A stretch of DNA of 64,000 nt from a candidate division FCPU426 bacterium (GCA_963796105.1 CAWCKJ010000010.1:64001-128000), one strand, 5' to 3'; shown: positions 41,543 to 52,985, counted from the first letter of the stretch. Numbers and translations are program-made. Notes: generated by a model not told the origin, from the letters alone.

Positions 41543-43861
41543 ATGATTTACTCAAAAAGGATATCCGAAATTCGAGCCCATATTCCAGGGGTCTTGGGAT
41601 TGGCATTTCTGAATATTCTCCTCTTTGGGGATGTTTTATTTAACAAGGGCGCGCGCGTCCTATCAAGCTCCCAGGGCGATATTTTTCTCCACTTCGCCGC
41701 TTGGCGGGAATTCACCTTTGATCAGCTCCGGCAGGGGCATTTAGTATTGTGGAACCCTCATTATCTCTGTGGCGCTCCCTTTTTCGGCGGTTTTGAATCG
41801 GCCATCCTTTATCCTCCTAATTGGTTTTGTCTTCTTTTACCGATCCCTCAGGCTATCAATGTCGGAATCGTCCTTCATGTCTTTCTAGCGGGTTTTTTCA
41901 CATACCTTTGGGCGGCCCACCGGGGACTGCATCCGCTGGCTTGTTTTGTCGCCGGGGTGATTTTCATGTTCGGGGGAGCCTATTTCTTGCATTTATACGC
42001 CGGGCATTTGCCGAATCTTTGCGCGATGGTTTGGGCCCCGCTGATATTTTTATCGGTGGACGGATTGCTAGATAACAACCAGCTTGGGTGGACCCTCTTG
42101 GGGGTTTTCGCTGTTTCCATGCAGATCCTGGCGGGCCACCCCCAGTATGTTTATTTCACGGCGGTCATGACGGTGTTTTATGTGCTTTTGAATCTCAAAA
42201 TAAACTCCAACAAGCCCAGATTAGCCCTGGGCTTGGCCTCCATCGCGGCAGGGGCGTTCTTCCTGACCGCCATTCAATTATGGACGGGGATCCAGGCGGC
42301 GGGGGAATGCGGCCGCGACATAGCCATGGAGTACCATTCGGCGAGTTCCTTTTTCTTTCCTCCCGAAAACCTGGTGACTTTAATTTTGCCTGAATTCTTC
42401 GGGGACCTTGGGGCGGGCCATTACTGGGGCCGCTGGTTTTTATGGGAAATGTCCCTCTTTATTGGCGTCGGGGCTTTTCTATTAGCGGCCATAGGCGCTT
42501 TTAGCGCTGATCATAATCAGAAAAGGAAGGAATTCATCCTCGCGATCCTGGCTTTCATTTTCTCCATCGGCGTTTCAACACCCCTTTACCGGTTCCTTTA
42601 TGATTACATTCCCCTATTCAAGGGATTCAGGGGAATCGGAAAGTTCGATTTTTTAGCCGCCCTCTTTTTATCCATGTTGGCCGCTATAGGTATGGATTAT
42701 TTATTGAAGGCGAAAAATATCCCTCGATGGCCTGGATTTCTGGTGATCATTTTGGGTTTCTTGATGTTCATCACGGGGGCATGCTTGAGTCAATCCCTAT
42801 ACCAAGGCCCGAAAGGAAATTGGGCCGGATTCCTATTCTCCATCCCTTGGGTGAAGGCGCATCTTCACGCGTTGGATTCAGCCGCGAGTGAAAAATTCAT
42901 ACAAGACGTGGGTCTTCATTCCGCCGCGAGCTTATGGTTCGGAGCAACCACTGCGACGCTGCTATCGGTCTTTCTGGTTTTGCGAAAATTTCAAACCAAA
43001 TGGGTCTATGCAGTCGCGGCGGTTTCGGTCCTGGAGCTTTTCGTGTTTGCGCGGATGAACCGGCCCACTTTTGAATGGGCTTCGCTTCAAAAGCAATTCG
43101 CCCAGCTCAAAAGTCCTTACGAAACCGACAAGGGGGATTACCGTGTTTATGGAACAGCCAGCGCCTCCCTGGTCACGGGCGGATTTGATATCTGGGAGGA
43201 TGAGCCCATGATCCTGGCGCGATACGGCCGTTTTGTATGTTACAGCCAGGGACTCCCGGAAAGCCGCTTGTTTTCGGTTGTGCCGATCTTTAAAAAATTC
43301 TCGAAAATCTTCTCCCTGGTCCGCTTAAAGTACTTGATGACTCCCGTTGAGGACCAACTCCAGGTTTACACCCTGCCGTTCAAACCTCTGCCAAGGATGC
43401 TGTTGATGGATCATTGGGAAGTCGTGAGCGATCCGCGGAAAATTCTGGAGCTGCTTTCCGCGCCGGAATTCGATCCCGCCAAGAAGGTATATTTGGAAAG
43501 CCAACCTGGATCAACCCCTCCCGCCGCGGCTGGCAAGGGCTCGGTCGAGTGGAAGGATTTAACCACGGAAAGCATCGAGGTGCATGCTGCCGTTGAGAAT
43601 CCCTCTGTTTTACTGATCACCGATAATTACAGCTCCGGTTGGAAAATAAGGCCACTTCCGGACAGCGGCCAAACCCAATACCAGGTCATGCCGGGGGACG
43701 CTTTTTTACGGGCTGTACCCTTGAGCCCGGGGAAGCATCATTTTATCTTGGAGTACCTTCCCTCGGCCTTTCTTTGCGGTAAATGGGTGTCTATCTTTTC
43801 CGTCTTTTCTTATGTTTTAATAACGATGGTCTGGTTTAAAAAAATAAAAGCGCGCATTTAA
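41543..43861 (+). CDS. YfhO-family GT-C-like membrane glycosyltransferase
   Basis: LWNP...GAPF, LYPPN, LAGHPQ, C-terminal Y.SGW...RAVPL.PG.H...Y.P. Confidence 0.8.
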   Translation: MIYSKRISEIRAHIPGVLGLAFLNILLFGDVLFNKGARVLSSSQGDIFLHFAAWREFTFDQLRQGHLVLWNPHYLCGAPFFGGFESAILYPPNWFCLLLPIPQAINVGIVLHVFLAGFFTYLWAAHRGLHPLACFVAGVIFMFGGAYFLHLYAGHLPNLCAMVWAPLIFLSVDGLLDNNQLGWTLLGVFAVSMQILAGHPQYVYFTAVMTVFYVLLNLKINSNKPRLALGLASIAAGAFFLTAIQLWTGIQAAGECGRDIAMEYHSASSFFFPPENLVTLILPEFFGDLGAGHYWGRWFLWEMSLFIGVGAFLLAAIGAFSADHNQKRKEFILAILAFIFSIGVSTPLYRFLYDYIPLFKGFRGIGKFDFLAALFLSMLAAIGMDYLLKAKNIPRWPGFLVIILGFLMFITGACLSQSLYQGPKGNWAGFLFSIPWVKAHLHALDSAASEKFIQDVGLHSAASLWFGATTATLLSVFLVLRKFQTKWVYAVAAVSVLELFVFARMNRPTFEWASLQKQFAQLKSPYETDKGDYRVYGTASASLVTGGFDIWEDEPMILARYGRFVCYSQGLPESRLFSVVPIFKKFSKIFSLVRLKYLMTPVEDQLQVYTLPFKPLPRMLLMDHWEVVSDPRKILELLSAPEFDPAKKVYLESQPGSTPPAAAGKGSVEWKDLTTESIEVHAAVENPSVLLITDNYSSGWKIRPLPDSGQTQYQVMPGDAFLRAVPLSPGKHHFILEYLPSAFLCGKWVSIFSVFSYVLITMVWFKKIKARI

Positions 43862-43953
43862 TCAACCACAAGGCATTTTGACTTCGGCGACCTTTTTTAG
43901 CATTTCCGAGGTGGATTGCCGGGTTTGAGGCGCGCCCCGGGAAAAATGAAAAA

Positions 43954-44832
43954 ATGAAAATAGAGAAACTATTCTCCGAGAAGAAAAGAATCCTGTCCTT
44001 TGAGCTTTTCGCCCCTAAAAAGGAGGAGGACACGGGCCTCCTTTTTCAAACCGCGGAGGAGTTGAAAAAGCTCAACCCGGATTATATCTCGGTGACTTAC
44101 GGGGCCGGGGGAACCAGCCGGAATCTCACTTATGAGATCGCGGTTCAACTCAAACTCATGGGAATCCTGCCCTTGATGCACTTTACCTGCGTCGGCCAAT
44201 CCCGCGGGGAGATCCGCGCGGCCCTCTCAAAAGTCAAGGAAGCCGGGATCGAGAACCTGCTCGCCTTGAGGGGAGACCCCCCCCAGGGGACCGCGAGTTT
44301 CATCCCCCCCGCGGACGGTTTCCGTTACGCCAACGAGCTGGTCGAATTCATCCGCTCTGAAAACTATGATTTTTGCATCGGGGTGGCGGGGTATCCCGAG
44401 GGGCATCCGGAGTCCAAGAGCCGGGATGAGGATTTGAAAAACCTTAAAAGGAAGGTCGACTCGGGCGGTCGGTTCATCGTCACCCAGTTGTTTTTTGATA
44501 ACCGCGATTATTTCCAATTCGTTAAGAATGTCCAGGGAATGGGGGTATCCCTGCCGGTCCAGCCCGGGATGTGGTTATTGACCGATTATTCACAGATCAA
44601 GAAAATCTGCACCCTCTGCGGTTCGAAAATCCCCGATGAGTTGATTGAGAAACTTGAGCCTGTCAAACTCGACAAGGAAGCTGTCGCCCAAATCGGGATC
44701 GAGCAGGCGACCAGGCAATGCGAGGATTTGTTAAAAAACGGGGCGCCAGGCATTCATTTTTACGTGCTGAATAAGAGCCGTTTTGTCCAAAGAGTTCTGG
44801 AAAACCTCAGGGAAAAAGGCTGGATATTTTAA
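43954..44832 (+). CDS. metF: 5,10-methylenetetrahydrofolate reductase
   Basis: SFE.F.PK, SVTYGAGG, ALRGD, YPEGHP, TQLFFD, HFY.LN. Confidence 0.95.
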   Translation: MKIEKLFSEKKRILSFELFAPKKEEDTGLLFQTAEELKKLNPDYISVTYGAGGTSRNLTYEIAVQLKLMGILPLMHFTCVGQSRGEIRAALSKVKEAGIENLLALRGDPPQGTASFIPPADGFRYANELVEFIRSENYDFCIGVAGYPEGHPESKSRDEDLKNLKRKVDSGGRFIVTQLFFDNRDYFQFVKNVQGMGVSLPVQPGMWLLTDYSQIKKICTLCGSKIPDELIEKLEPVKLDKEAVAQIGIEQATRQCEDLLKNGAPGIHFYVLNKSRFVQRVLENLREKGWIF

Positions 44833-44966
44833 CTAAAGTGTTTTTGGAAAAACTGGTTCGATCAAATGACCATCTTCCGTCTTTCGGGTTTTTATCCCTT
44901 TGTCCCGCGAAATTTTAAGGATATACTAAAAGGAAATCAGGTTTAAATCGAATTCGGGGGAATACC

Positions 44967-45395
44967 ATGTCAGACACAGCCTCCATTTTTAGCCGCCTCA
45001 GGCACGTCCTTCAAAATACCTATTTCTTTCAATCCTTGAAAATGAACGAATTGGATGAATTGATCGGGCACCTGCGCATGATCCGGGTCCAGAAAAATTA
45101 TGAGATCATCAAGCAAGGCGACCCGGGAGATGCTTTTTATCTCATCGCCGCCGGGAAAGTCTCGGTTTGGAAAAAGAAGGGATTCAAAAACTCGAAAGTG
45201 GCCGAATTGCAAACGGATGATTTTTTCGGGGAGATGGCCCTGCTTTCTAACGAGCCCCGAAACGCCACCATCATCGCGGAGGAGGTGACGGAGCTATTCA
45301 TCCTCCAGAAATATGATTTCGAGAAGATTTTGATGAAAAACCCGGCAATTGCCCAGGAACTCAAGCAGGCCTACTTTGACCGCAAGGGAAAATAA
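44967..45395 (+). CDS. Stand-alone cyclic nucleotide-binding domain protein
   Basis: QGDPGDAFY.I..G, FGEMALL..EPRNAT. Confidence 0.9.
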   Translation: MSDTASIFSRLRHVLQNTYFFQSLKMNELDELIGHLRMIRVQKNYEIIKQGDPGDAFYLIAAGKVSVWKKKGFKNSKVAELQTDDFFGEMALLSNEPRNATIIAEEVTELFILQKYDFEKILMKNPAIAQELKQAYFDRKGK

Positions 45396-45534
45396 AAAGT
45401 CCCTCCTCTTCGGTGATTGACAAAAAACAGGAACATTGGCATATTTTCCCCTTGTTTCGTGTCAGTTCGTCTCTAATATCCAAGCGATTTTCTCCCTTTG
45501 AGTTTAAATAGAATGGTTGATCAGGTTTAAAAAT

Positions 45535-45611
45535 GGCGGGGTAGCTCAGCTGGTTAGAGCATTCGGCTCATACCCGAAGTGTCGGCGGTTCGAGTCCGCC
45601 CCCCGCTACCA
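45535..45611 (+). tRNA. tRNA with CAT anticodon, most likely elongator tRNA-Met
   Basis: GGCGGGG/CCCCGCT acceptor stem, loop CTCATAC, GTTCGA, ACCA. Confidence 0.93.
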
Positions 45612-45644
45612 TAATTTTGACGCGGCCTCCGGTGGACAATCCCC

Positions 45645-46661
45645 ATGAACGATCCTTGCCTTCGCCCAATCCCCATTCCTTTAGGTTCCCGCCTGGTGGT
45701 GGGTGTCTCTGGAGGGGCGGATTCCGTGGCGCTATTGGATATTCTCGCCAGAGAATGGCCCCGGTCCCAAAAGACCCTGACTGCGGCGCATGTCAATTAC
45801 GGCCTGAGAAAAAAGGACTCCGAAAAAGACGAGGAGTGGGTCCGGTCACTTTGCCGGGAGAGGAAGATCCAACTCAGGGTTTTGAAATTTAAGGATTTTA
45901 AGAATGAGTCCAAATTGAAAAAGAAATCACTCCAGGACTACGCGCGAGAAGTCAGGTATTCCTTTTTCGCCAGGTTGGCAAAGGGAAAAAAGGCCTGGGG
46001 AGCCGTGGCCGCGCATCACCAGGAGGACCAGGCGGAAACCGTTCTGGACCGCTTATTAAGGGGAGCGGGGCCCCGGGGACTCTCGGGTCTGCGGACTGTC
46101 CAGGAACTTTCGGTCCCTCCCAGAATGGAGCATTTGAAAATTTGGCGTCCCTTCCTTTCCTATTCGAAATCGGATTTGCGGGAATACTTGGTGAGACGGG
46201 GAATTTCCTGGAGGGAAGACGAATCCAACCTCCAAAATCTTTACCGCCGGAACCAAATCCGCAACCAGGTCCTGCCTTACCTTTCCAAGTGGAACCCCGC
46301 CCTGGCCCAGACCTTAAGCCGTGTGGGCGAAATCACCGCGGTGGAGGACCAGTTTTTGGAAACACTCATGTCGGGTATGGCAAAGCGGGTGAAAAGCCGT
46401 TGGAAGGGCGGAACCATTCAGGTGGATTTAAAAGCCATCGGAAAATTTCACCTGGCGTTGAAAAGGCGCTTCATCCGGTTTACCGCTGAAAAATTAAACG
46501 TCGAGGCCCGTGGGCTTTCTTATAAGGGTATTCAAGAGATTCTCCGCCTTTGGGAGGGCCAAGAAACAGGACCCAGGGATATCGGCTATGACTTGACAGC
46601 GGGTGTCCGGGGAAAGACGGCTTTCCTCTCGCGCAAGGCACAAAAAGCCTCTTTTCATTAA
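45645..46661 (+). CDS. tilS: tRNA(Ile)-lysidine synthetase (short form)
   Basis: SGGADS, HVNYGLR, AHHQEDQAET, EDESN, RNQIR. Confidence 0.93.
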   Translation: MNDPCLRPIPIPLGSRLVVGVSGGADSVALLDILAREWPRSQKTLTAAHVNYGLRKKDSEKDEEWVRSLCRERKIQLRVLKFKDFKNESKLKKKSLQDYAREVRYSFFARLAKGKKAWGAVAAHHQEDQAETVLDRLLRGAGPRGLSGLRTVQELSVPPRMEHLKIWRPFLSYSKSDLREYLVRRGISWREDESNLQNLYRRNQIRNQVLPYLSKWNPALAQTLSRVGEITAVEDQFLETLMSGMAKRVKSRWKGGTIQVDLKAIGKFHLALKRRFIRFTAEKLNVEARGLSYKGIQEILRLWEGQETGPRDIGYDLTAGVRGKTAFLSRKAQKASFH

Positions 46662-46823
46662 GCGGGCGTTCATTTTCCAGTGTTTAAACCCATGGGCGCT
46701 CCATCCGCCTTTGCTTGCAAATTAAAATGGCGTTCAGCTATGATACGAACCTTGTTTATTCCCACCGCTTTTCTTAAGGTTATTGGACAACTTGGCCCTA
46801 TTTCTTAGCTCAGGAGTATTCTT

Positions 46824-48764
46824 GTGAACCAAAATTTCAAAATATTCGCGGGATGGCTTTTGGTATTCGTGGTTGTCATGTATTTCCTGCAGCTGCCCAA
46901 CCACCAGAAAAAGAGCGAGACTTGGGATTACTCGAAGTTCGTGACCCAGGTTCAGACTGGGAAGGTGGATAAGGTAGAAATCCAGCAGGACGAGCGCGTT
47001 ATCGCCGGAAAAACCAAGGACGCGGTCCCTGGCGACTTTACGACGGTTTATCCCGATGACCCGAATTTAACCAAGCTTCTTTTGGAACAAAACGTGGCTT
47101 TCTCGGTAAGGGCCCCTGAGCATCCAACGAAGTTTTGGTCGATCCTCATCAACTTCGGCCCCATTCTCCTCCTTTTGGGATATTTCATTTTCATGATGCG
47201 CCAAGCCCAGGGGGGCGGCGGGGGAGCCATGGCTTTCGGGAAGAGCCGCGCGCGATTGATGACCTCGGGACAGCAAAAAGTGACTTTCGCGGACGTGGCG
47301 GGCGTGGATGAGGCCAAGACGGAGCTGATGGAAGTTGTGGATTTCCTGAAGGATCCCAAGAAATACCAGCTTTTAGGCGGCAAGATCCCCAAGGGTGTCA
47401 TCCTATTGGGGCCCCCCGGGACAGGCAAGACCCTGTTGGCCAAGGCCGTTGCGGGCGAGGCGGGAGTGCCATTTTTCTCCATCTCCGGTTCGGACTTCGT
47501 GGAGATGTTCGTAGGCGTGGGAGCCGCCAGGGTACGGGACCTTTTTGAGCAGGGGAAAAAACACGCGCCCTGCATCATCTTCATCGACGAGATCGACGCG
47601 GTCGGCCGCCAGCGCGGGGCCGGCTTGGGCGGGGGCCACGACGAGCGCGAGCAGACCTTGAACGCCATGCTGGTGGAGATGGACGGATTCAACACGAACA
47701 CCGGCGTGATCTTGATCGCGGCCACCAACCGCATGGACGTCCTGGACCCGGCCCTCCTGAGGCCCGGGCGGTTTGACAGGCAGGTCGTGGTGGACAGGCC
47801 GGACCTGGGCGGACGCGAGGCCATATTGAGGGTCCACGCGAAAAACGTGAAACTTTCCGACAAGGTGGACCTTTCGGTCATCTCCCGGAGGACGCCCGGC
47901 TTCACGGGGGCGGACCTGGCGAATCTCATCAACGAGGCCGCCCTGCTGGCGGCGCGCAGGAACAAGAAAAGCGTGGAGCTCTCCGAGCTCGAGGAATCCA
48001 TCGACAGGGTCATGGCGGGTCCCGAGCGGCGAACCAGGATCATTTCCGACAAGGAAAAAAAGATCGTGGCCTACCACGAGTCGGGACACACCATCGTCGC
48101 GAAAAAGACCGACGGCACCAACCCGGTCCACAAGGTTTCCATCATTCCCCGGGGCCACGCGGCACTGGGTTATACACTCCAGGTCCCCACCGAGGACCGC
48201 TTCCTGGCTTCCCGGAAGGACCTCCTGGGGCAGATCACCACGCTCCTGGGAGGGCGCTCGGCCGAGGAGATTGTTTTCGGGGATATTACCACCGGCGCCG
48301 GAAACGATTTGGACCGCGCCACGGCCCTGGCCCACGCGATGGTCTGCGAGTACGGCATGAGCGAGAAGCTCGGCTCCTTGACCCTGGGCCGGAAGGATGA
48401 TTTCGTCTTCATCGGCCGGGACCTCATGAAGGAAAAGAACTATTCCGAGAGGACCGCCCAGATCATCGACGACGAGGTCAAGAGAATCGTCGAGGACTGC
48501 CATGACAAGGCCCGCAAAATACTCATCAAGAACCGGAAGTTCCTGAAAATCATGGCGGAAGCCCTTTTGGAGCGCGAGATCCTGGACGGGTCCGAGGTGG
48601 ATGACATCCTGGCTGGGAAGAAGATCCCCCCCAAACCGATCGTCAAGACGCCCGTTTCCCCTTCCGAGCCCCCAGGTTCCGCCACGGCCGAATCCGCGCC
48701 CCCGGTAGCCTTGAAGCCACAAAGCGCCCCATCCCAGGCCGCGGAGGGGGGACGGGTTGGATAA
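46824..48764 (+). CDS. ftsH: ATP-dependent zinc metalloprotease
   Basis: Two [27 protein letters not shown]. Confidence 0.97.
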   Translation: MNQNFKIFAGWLLVFVVVMYFLQLPNHQKKSETWDYSKFVTQVQTGKVDKVEIQQDERVIAGKTKDAVPGDFTTVYPDDPNLTKLLLEQNVAFSVRAPEHPTKFWSILINFGPILLLLGYFIFMMRQAQGGGGGAMAFGKSRARLMTSGQQKVTFADVAGVDEAKTELMEVVDFLKDPKKYQLLGGKIPKGVILLGPPGTGKTLLAKAVAGEAGVPFFSISGSDFVEMFVGVGAARVRDLFEQGKKHAPCIIFIDEIDAVGRQRGAGLGGGHDEREQTLNAMLVEMDGFNTNTGVILIAATNRMDVLDPALLRPGRFDRQVVVDRPDLGGREAILRVHAKNVKLSDKVDLSVISRRTPGFTGADLANLINEAALLAARRNKKSVELSELEESIDRVMAGPERRTRIISDKEKKIVAYHESGHTIVAKKTDGTNPVHKVSIIPRGHAALGYTLQVPTEDRFLASRKDLLGQITTLLGGRSAEEIVFGDITTGAGNDLDRATALAHAMVCEYGMSEKLGSLTLGRKDDFVFIGRDLMKEKNYSERTAQIIDDEVKRIVEDCHDKARKILIKNRKFLKIMAEALLEREILDGSEVDDILAGKKIPPKPIVKTPVSPSEPPGSATAESAPPVALKPQSAPSQAAEGGRVG

Positions 48765-49314
48765 AACCCGCATTGAGAAAGCGGTCCGGGAGATCATCAT
48801 CGCCATCGGGGAAGACCCCGATCGCGAGGGCTTGCGGGAAACCCCCAAAAGGGTCGCGAAGATGTATGAGGAGGTTTTCTCCGGCCTGCAAGTCGACGCC
48901 AGGGACCTGATCACGACCTTCGAGACGGAAGGCCATGAGGAAATGGTCATCCTCAAGGACATCCCCTTTTATTCCATGTGCGAGCACCACCTTCTCCCCT
49001 TTTACGGCAAGGCCCATGTCGCTTATATCCCCCGCAAAGACCGCCTGGCGGGTCTTTCCAAACTCGCCAGGGTCGTGGAGACGGTGTCCCGGCGCCCCCA
49101 GCTCCAGGAAAGAATCACCACTAGGATCGCGGACATCCTGATGGGATCGTTGAAGGCTCATGGGGTTCTCGTCATCGTGGAAGCCGAGCATTTGTGCATG
49201 ACCATGAGGGGGGTGAAAAAATCGGGTTCCCGCATGACCACCTCGGCGGTCCGCGGGGTTTTCACCAAGAGTGTGGCTACCCGCATGGAAGCCTTGAACC
49301 TTATCGGAAAGTAG
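48757..49314 (+). CDS. folE: GTP cyclohydrolase I
   Basis: [32 protein letters not shown]. Confidence 0.97.
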   Translation: MDKTRIEKAVREIIIAIGEDPDREGLRETPKRVAKMYEEVFSGLQVDARDLITTFETEGHEEMVILKDIPFYSMCEHHLLPFYGKAHVAYIPRKDRLAGLSKLARVVETVSRRPQLQERITTRIADILMGSLKAHGVLVIVEAEHLCMTMRGVKKSGSRMTTSAVRGVFTKSVATRMEALNLIGK

Positions 49315-49320
49315 GCGCCC

Positions 49321-50496
49321 ATGCCGCCCATTGGCAGGGTTTCCTTCAGGATTCTCTATCCTGAGCAGTTTTTTCTTCCCAGCCTTCCTCCTTCTTCCGT
49401 TCCTTTGAATCTTTCGGCTGACTTTTTGAAAAAGGCTGACTTCGAAAAATTCGAGAAAAGCCTTCGAAATCTTTACCCCTCCCTGAAAATAACCGGAGTC
49501 CAGAAGAAATATTTCAACCTGTCCTGGTGGATGGATCGAGAAACCGCCCTGGTCTTGTCGGTTAAAATCAGATCTCAATTTCCGGAATTATTCATTCAAA
49601 TTAAAAAGAGCATCGAGGGCTATTACCATTCCGGCCCTTGGTCCTTGATGGGGCCAGGGAAAAAGTTATTCCGATGGACGAACAGGACCCAGGTCATGGG
49701 TATCCTCAATGTCACGCCTGATTCTTTCTCCGACGGGGGCCTTTTTTCAAGCCCGGAGCGGGCCGTGGAGCGGGCGCTCCAAATGCAGGACGAGGGGGCC
49801 GATTGGCTCGATGTCGGAGGGGAATCCACCAGGCCAGGCGCCAAAGGGGTTGCGGCGTCGGACGAAAAAAAGAGGGTTTTGCCCGTCATCCGGGCCTGCG
49901 CCAAGGTCCTTCGAATTCCCATTTCCATTGATACTTACAAGTCGGAGGTGGCCAGAGCCGCGGTGGGCGAGGGCGCCAGGATGGTGAATGACATCGGGGC
50001 CTTGGGTTTGGACCCCAAAATGGCGAAAACATTGGCCCGATTGAAAGTACCTGTCATCCTGATGCATATGCGGGGAAAGCCCCGGGTCATGCAAAAAAAT
50101 CCATTCTATGCGGATGTCATGGGGGAAATCCTGGCTTTTTTTCGGGAAAAAATCGGGTTGGCCGTGGAAAGCGGAATTGAGGAAAGCCGTATTCTGATCG
50201 ATCCTGGTTTCGGGTTCGGGAAATTACCCTGGCATAACATTGAAATCACCCGAAGGCTTTGGCAATTCAAGGTCTTGGGAAGGCCCCTGGTCTTCGGACC
50301 CTCCCGGAAATCGACCCTGGGCGTCCTTTTAAAAGAGAAATCCCCCGGTCAAAGGGAGGAGGGGACCGCGGCCGCCGTGACGGCGGGGATCCTGAAGGGG
50401 GCCGATTTTATTCGAGTTCATGATGTCAAAGCCATGGTTCGTGTGGTAAAAATAGCCGATGCCATCCGATATGACAGGGGTCTCTTGAAGCCATGA
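49321..50496 (+). CDS. folP: Dihydropteroate synthase with ~120-aa N-terminal extension
   Basis: MGILNVTPDSFSDGG, GESTRPG, DPGFGFGK, SRKS, RVHDV. Confidence 0.93.
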   Translation: MPPIGRVSFRILYPEQFFLPSLPPSSVPLNLSADFLKKADFEKFEKSLRNLYPSLKITGVQKKYFNLSWWMDRETALVLSVKIRSQFPELFIQIKKSIEGYYHSGPWSLMGPGKKLFRWTNRTQVMGILNVTPDSFSDGGLFSSPERAVERALQMQDEGADWLDVGGESTRPGAKGVAASDEKKRVLPVIRACAKVLRIPISIDTYKSEVARAAVGEGARMVNDIGALGLDPKMAKTLARLKVPVILMHMRGKPRVMQKNPFYADVMGEILAFFREKIGLAVESGIEESRILIDPGFGFGKLPWHNIEITRRLWQFKVLGRPLVFGPSRKSTLGVLLKEKSPGQREEGTAAAVTAGILKGADFIRVHDVKAMVRVVKIADAIRYDRGLLKP

Positions 50497-51260
50497 ATAA
50501 CCTGATGACGCTCCTCTCCAATTTCCGCCTGATGGACGCCCTGGACATCCTGGTCGTGGCTTTCGTGACTTACCAGCTCCTGCTCCTGATCCGGGAGGTC
50601 CATGCCACCCGGATCGTCCTGGGTTTTTCTATCCTGTTTTTGGCCACGGCGGTGGCGAGCCAGTTCCACCTCCTGACCCTGGACTGGCTTTTGAGCAACT
50701 TGGGCCCCTTTTTCCTGATCGCCTTCGTGGTGGTTTTCCAGCCGGACTTGAGGCGCATCATTTCCCAAATCGGGAAGGGCGGGGGATTTTGGGGCGGCGT
50801 GTTCCAGGGGGACGCGCTTCTTTTCAAGGAGGTCACTATTGCTGTCAAGGACCTGGTCAAAGCCAAGCGCGGGGCCTTGATCGTCTTGGAGAGGGACGAC
50901 AGCCTTCAAAGCGTCCTGGACGCGGGAACCAAGATCGAGGCGGACGTCACCTCGGAACTGCTGGTCACCTTGTTCGTCTCCAACTCGCCCCTCCATGACG
51001 GGGCTGTCATCATCCGCGGGGGGAAAATCGCCTCCGCCGCCTGCATCCTCCCCTTGAGCCAGAATCCACATTTGAGTAAATCCTACGGGACGCGCCACAG
51101 GGCCGCCGTGGGAATCACCGAGGAGACGGACGCCTTGGCCATCTGTGTTTCCGAGGAGAACCACACGATTTCATTCGCCATGGCCGGCAAAATCACCCCA
51201 GAAATCGACGTGGACACGCTTGAGGAAATGCTGACCCTTTACGGAACGAAGGTTGATTGA
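50493..51260 (+). CDS. cdaA: Diadenylate cyclase
   Basis: Three TM, FQP..R, LHDGA, GTRHRAA, SEE. Confidence 0.94.
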   Translation: MNNLMTLLSNFRLMDALDILVVAFVTYQLLLLIREVHATRIVLGFSILFLATAVASQFHLLTLDWLLSNLGPFFLIAFVVVFQPDLRRIISQIGKGGGFWGGVFQGDALLFKEVTIAVKDLVKAKRGALIVLERDDSLQSVLDAGTKIEADVTSELLVTLFVSNSPLHDGAVIIRGGKIASAACILPLSQNPHLSKSYGTRHRAAVGITEETDALAICVSEENHTISFAMAGKITPEIDVDTLEEMLTLYGTKVD

Positions 51261-51306
51261 AATTGATGAGTTTTAAAAATAAAAGCATTTGCGGTTTATT
51301 TTAACT

Positions 51307-51460
51307 TGTCATTGCGAGCTGCGAATTTTGCGGCGAAGCAACCTAAGTTTATGGGTGGTTTAAAGCTGTGGGTTTTGCCGAGGGCAAAATTCCTTGATTT
51401 AAACTGTGGTTGCTTCCTCGTCAACGCCCGCCTATTCGGCGGTCACTCGTCGCAATGACA
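51307..51460. repeat. REP/MITE-like nested palindromic element, copy 2
   Basis: TGTCATTGCGA ... TCGCAATGACA termini; inner GAAGCAACC / GGTTGCTTC. Confidence 0.85.
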
Positions 51461-51540
51461 TCTAAGCAAAGCAAAACTAAAAATAGGTTGCTTTGTGCAA
51501 ATTCAGGAAAGAGTAAAATTTAAAATTATCGGAGAAGAGC

Positions 51541-51915
51541 ATGAAGCGGTGGCTGTTTGAGAATCTCGGCATGAAACTTTTGGCGCTGTTCGTCGCTTTT
51601 TCCCTCTGGGCATACGTGGGTTCCCGCTTGATCCTGGAGAGAAAGATCACTTTGCATTTGGAACTCACCGACATTCCCTCGGGGTTGAAGGTGGATTCCA
51701 GCGTGAGAACGACAGTCCCGGTCGTCTTGATTGGGCGCAAGGAAACAGTGCTGGATGTCGATCCCGAGGATCTTTCGGCGGTGGTCAGCTTGAAAGGCTA
51801 TACCACCCCCAAAAGGGAAATCTTGTTGAAGCCCCGGGTCCAGCCGCTTCCGGGAGGGGTTGACGCGTCCGTCAACAGCATCGCGGTAAGGCTCATCCCC
51901 ATATCAAACAAATAG
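51541..51915 (+). CDS. cdaR: CdaR/YbbR-like protein (single domain)
   Basis: N...KLLAL..A..LW.YV N-terminus plus one YbbR-like domain; follows cdaA. Confidence 0.75.
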   Translation: MKRWLFENLGMKLLALFVAFSLWAYVGSRLILERKITLHLELTDIPSGLKVDSSVRTTVPVVLIGRKETVLDVDPEDLSAVVSLKGYTTPKREILLKPRVQPLPGGVDASVNSIAVRLIPISNK

Positions 51916-51924
51916 AGGTGAACC

Positions 51925-52668
51925 ATGGCCACTCTTTGCGTGAATATCGACCACATCGCCACCCTCAGGCAGGCCCGGATGGAGGATGAACCGGACCCGG
52001 TCCAGGCCGCCAAGCTGGCGGAGAAGGCCGGAGCCATCGGCATCACGGTCCACCTGCGGGAGGACCGCAGGCATATCCAGGATCGGGATGTTCGTCTCTT
52101 GCGCAAGATCGTCAAGACCAAGCTCAACCTGGAAATGGCCGCGACCTGGGAAATGGTCAGGATCGCGCTGAAAATCAAGCCCGACCAGGTCACCCTCGTG
52201 CCGGAAAAGAGAAAAGAAGTGACCACCGAGGGAGGGCTGGACTTGAAAAGCTCCCCTGGGAGGTTCCAAGGCGTCATTGACAAGATACAGGGCGCGGGAA
52301 TACCCGTCTCCCTTTTCATCAACCCCGATCCCAAGACCATCCTTCTTTCCTCCCGCATGGGCGCGGAGTATATCGAGATCCACACGGGCGCTTACAGCCA
52401 GGCCTGCCGGGGGAAGGGAAACATCAAGGAAACCTTCGTGGAAATCGCCGCCGGGGCGAAATTGGCGAAATCCTGGGGCCTGAAGGTGCACGCGGGCCAT
52501 GGCTTGACTTATAATAATGTCATTCCGGTGGCAGCCCTTCCGGAGATTGAGGATTTGAATATCGGCCATAACATCATCGCCAGGGCGGCCATGGTGGGAA
52601 TGGAAAAAGCCGTCAAGGAAATGTCGCTTCTTTTGCGAAAAGCCCGGACCGGGAAAAGGAGAATCTAA
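51925..52668 (+). CDS. pdxJ: Pyridoxine 5'-phosphate synthase
   Basis: [36 protein letters not shown]. Confidence 0.97.
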   Translation: MATLCVNIDHIATLRQARMEDEPDPVQAAKLAEKAGAIGITVHLREDRRHIQDRDVRLLRKIVKTKLNLEMAATWEMVRIALKIKPDQVTLVPEKRKEVTTEGGLDLKSSPGRFQGVIDKIQGAGIPVSLFINPDPKTILLSSRMGAEYIEIHTGAYSQACRGKGNIKETFVEIAAGAKLAKSWGLKVHAGHGLTYNNVIPVAALPEIEDLNIGHNIIARAAMVGMEKAVKEMSLLLRKARTGKRRI

Positions 52669-52985
52669 TGGGAAAATTATTCTTTCTATTGTTGTTACTC
52701 GTCTTAGGCGGCGTGGGGTATTACCTTTGGACGACCATGGAAGCGGCTCCCCCGGAAGCGACGCTCCCGGGCTACGCCAATGCCCTGAGAAATGACGAGC
52801 ATAGGGCCCAGGTGGCCGCCAGCGGCATGAACACGGAGAACGTCCAGGCCGCGGTTGAAAAATACAAGAACATGAAGGGGTCCCTCCCAGGCTCCCTTCA
52901 AGATCTGGTCCCGGATTATATCGACCACATTCCCGGAGGCCTCCAATACGATTCCGCCACCGGCAAGGTTTCACCCGCCCAATAA
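52668..52985 (+). CDS. Small membrane-anchored protein with pseudopilin-like C-terminal motif
   Basis: N-terminal TM; LPGSLQDLVPDYIDHIP..L.YD. Confidence 0.65.
   Translation: MGKLFFLLLLLVLGGVGYYLWTTMEAAPPEATLPGYANALRNDEHRAQVAASGMNTENVQAAVEKYKNMKGSLPGSLQDLVPDYIDHIPGGLQYDSATGKVSPAQ

Noticed and set aside
47048..48962. Long antisense ORFs (334 and 519 aa) opposite ftsH
   Set aside because: Shadow frames of a GC-rich conserved gene; no motifs
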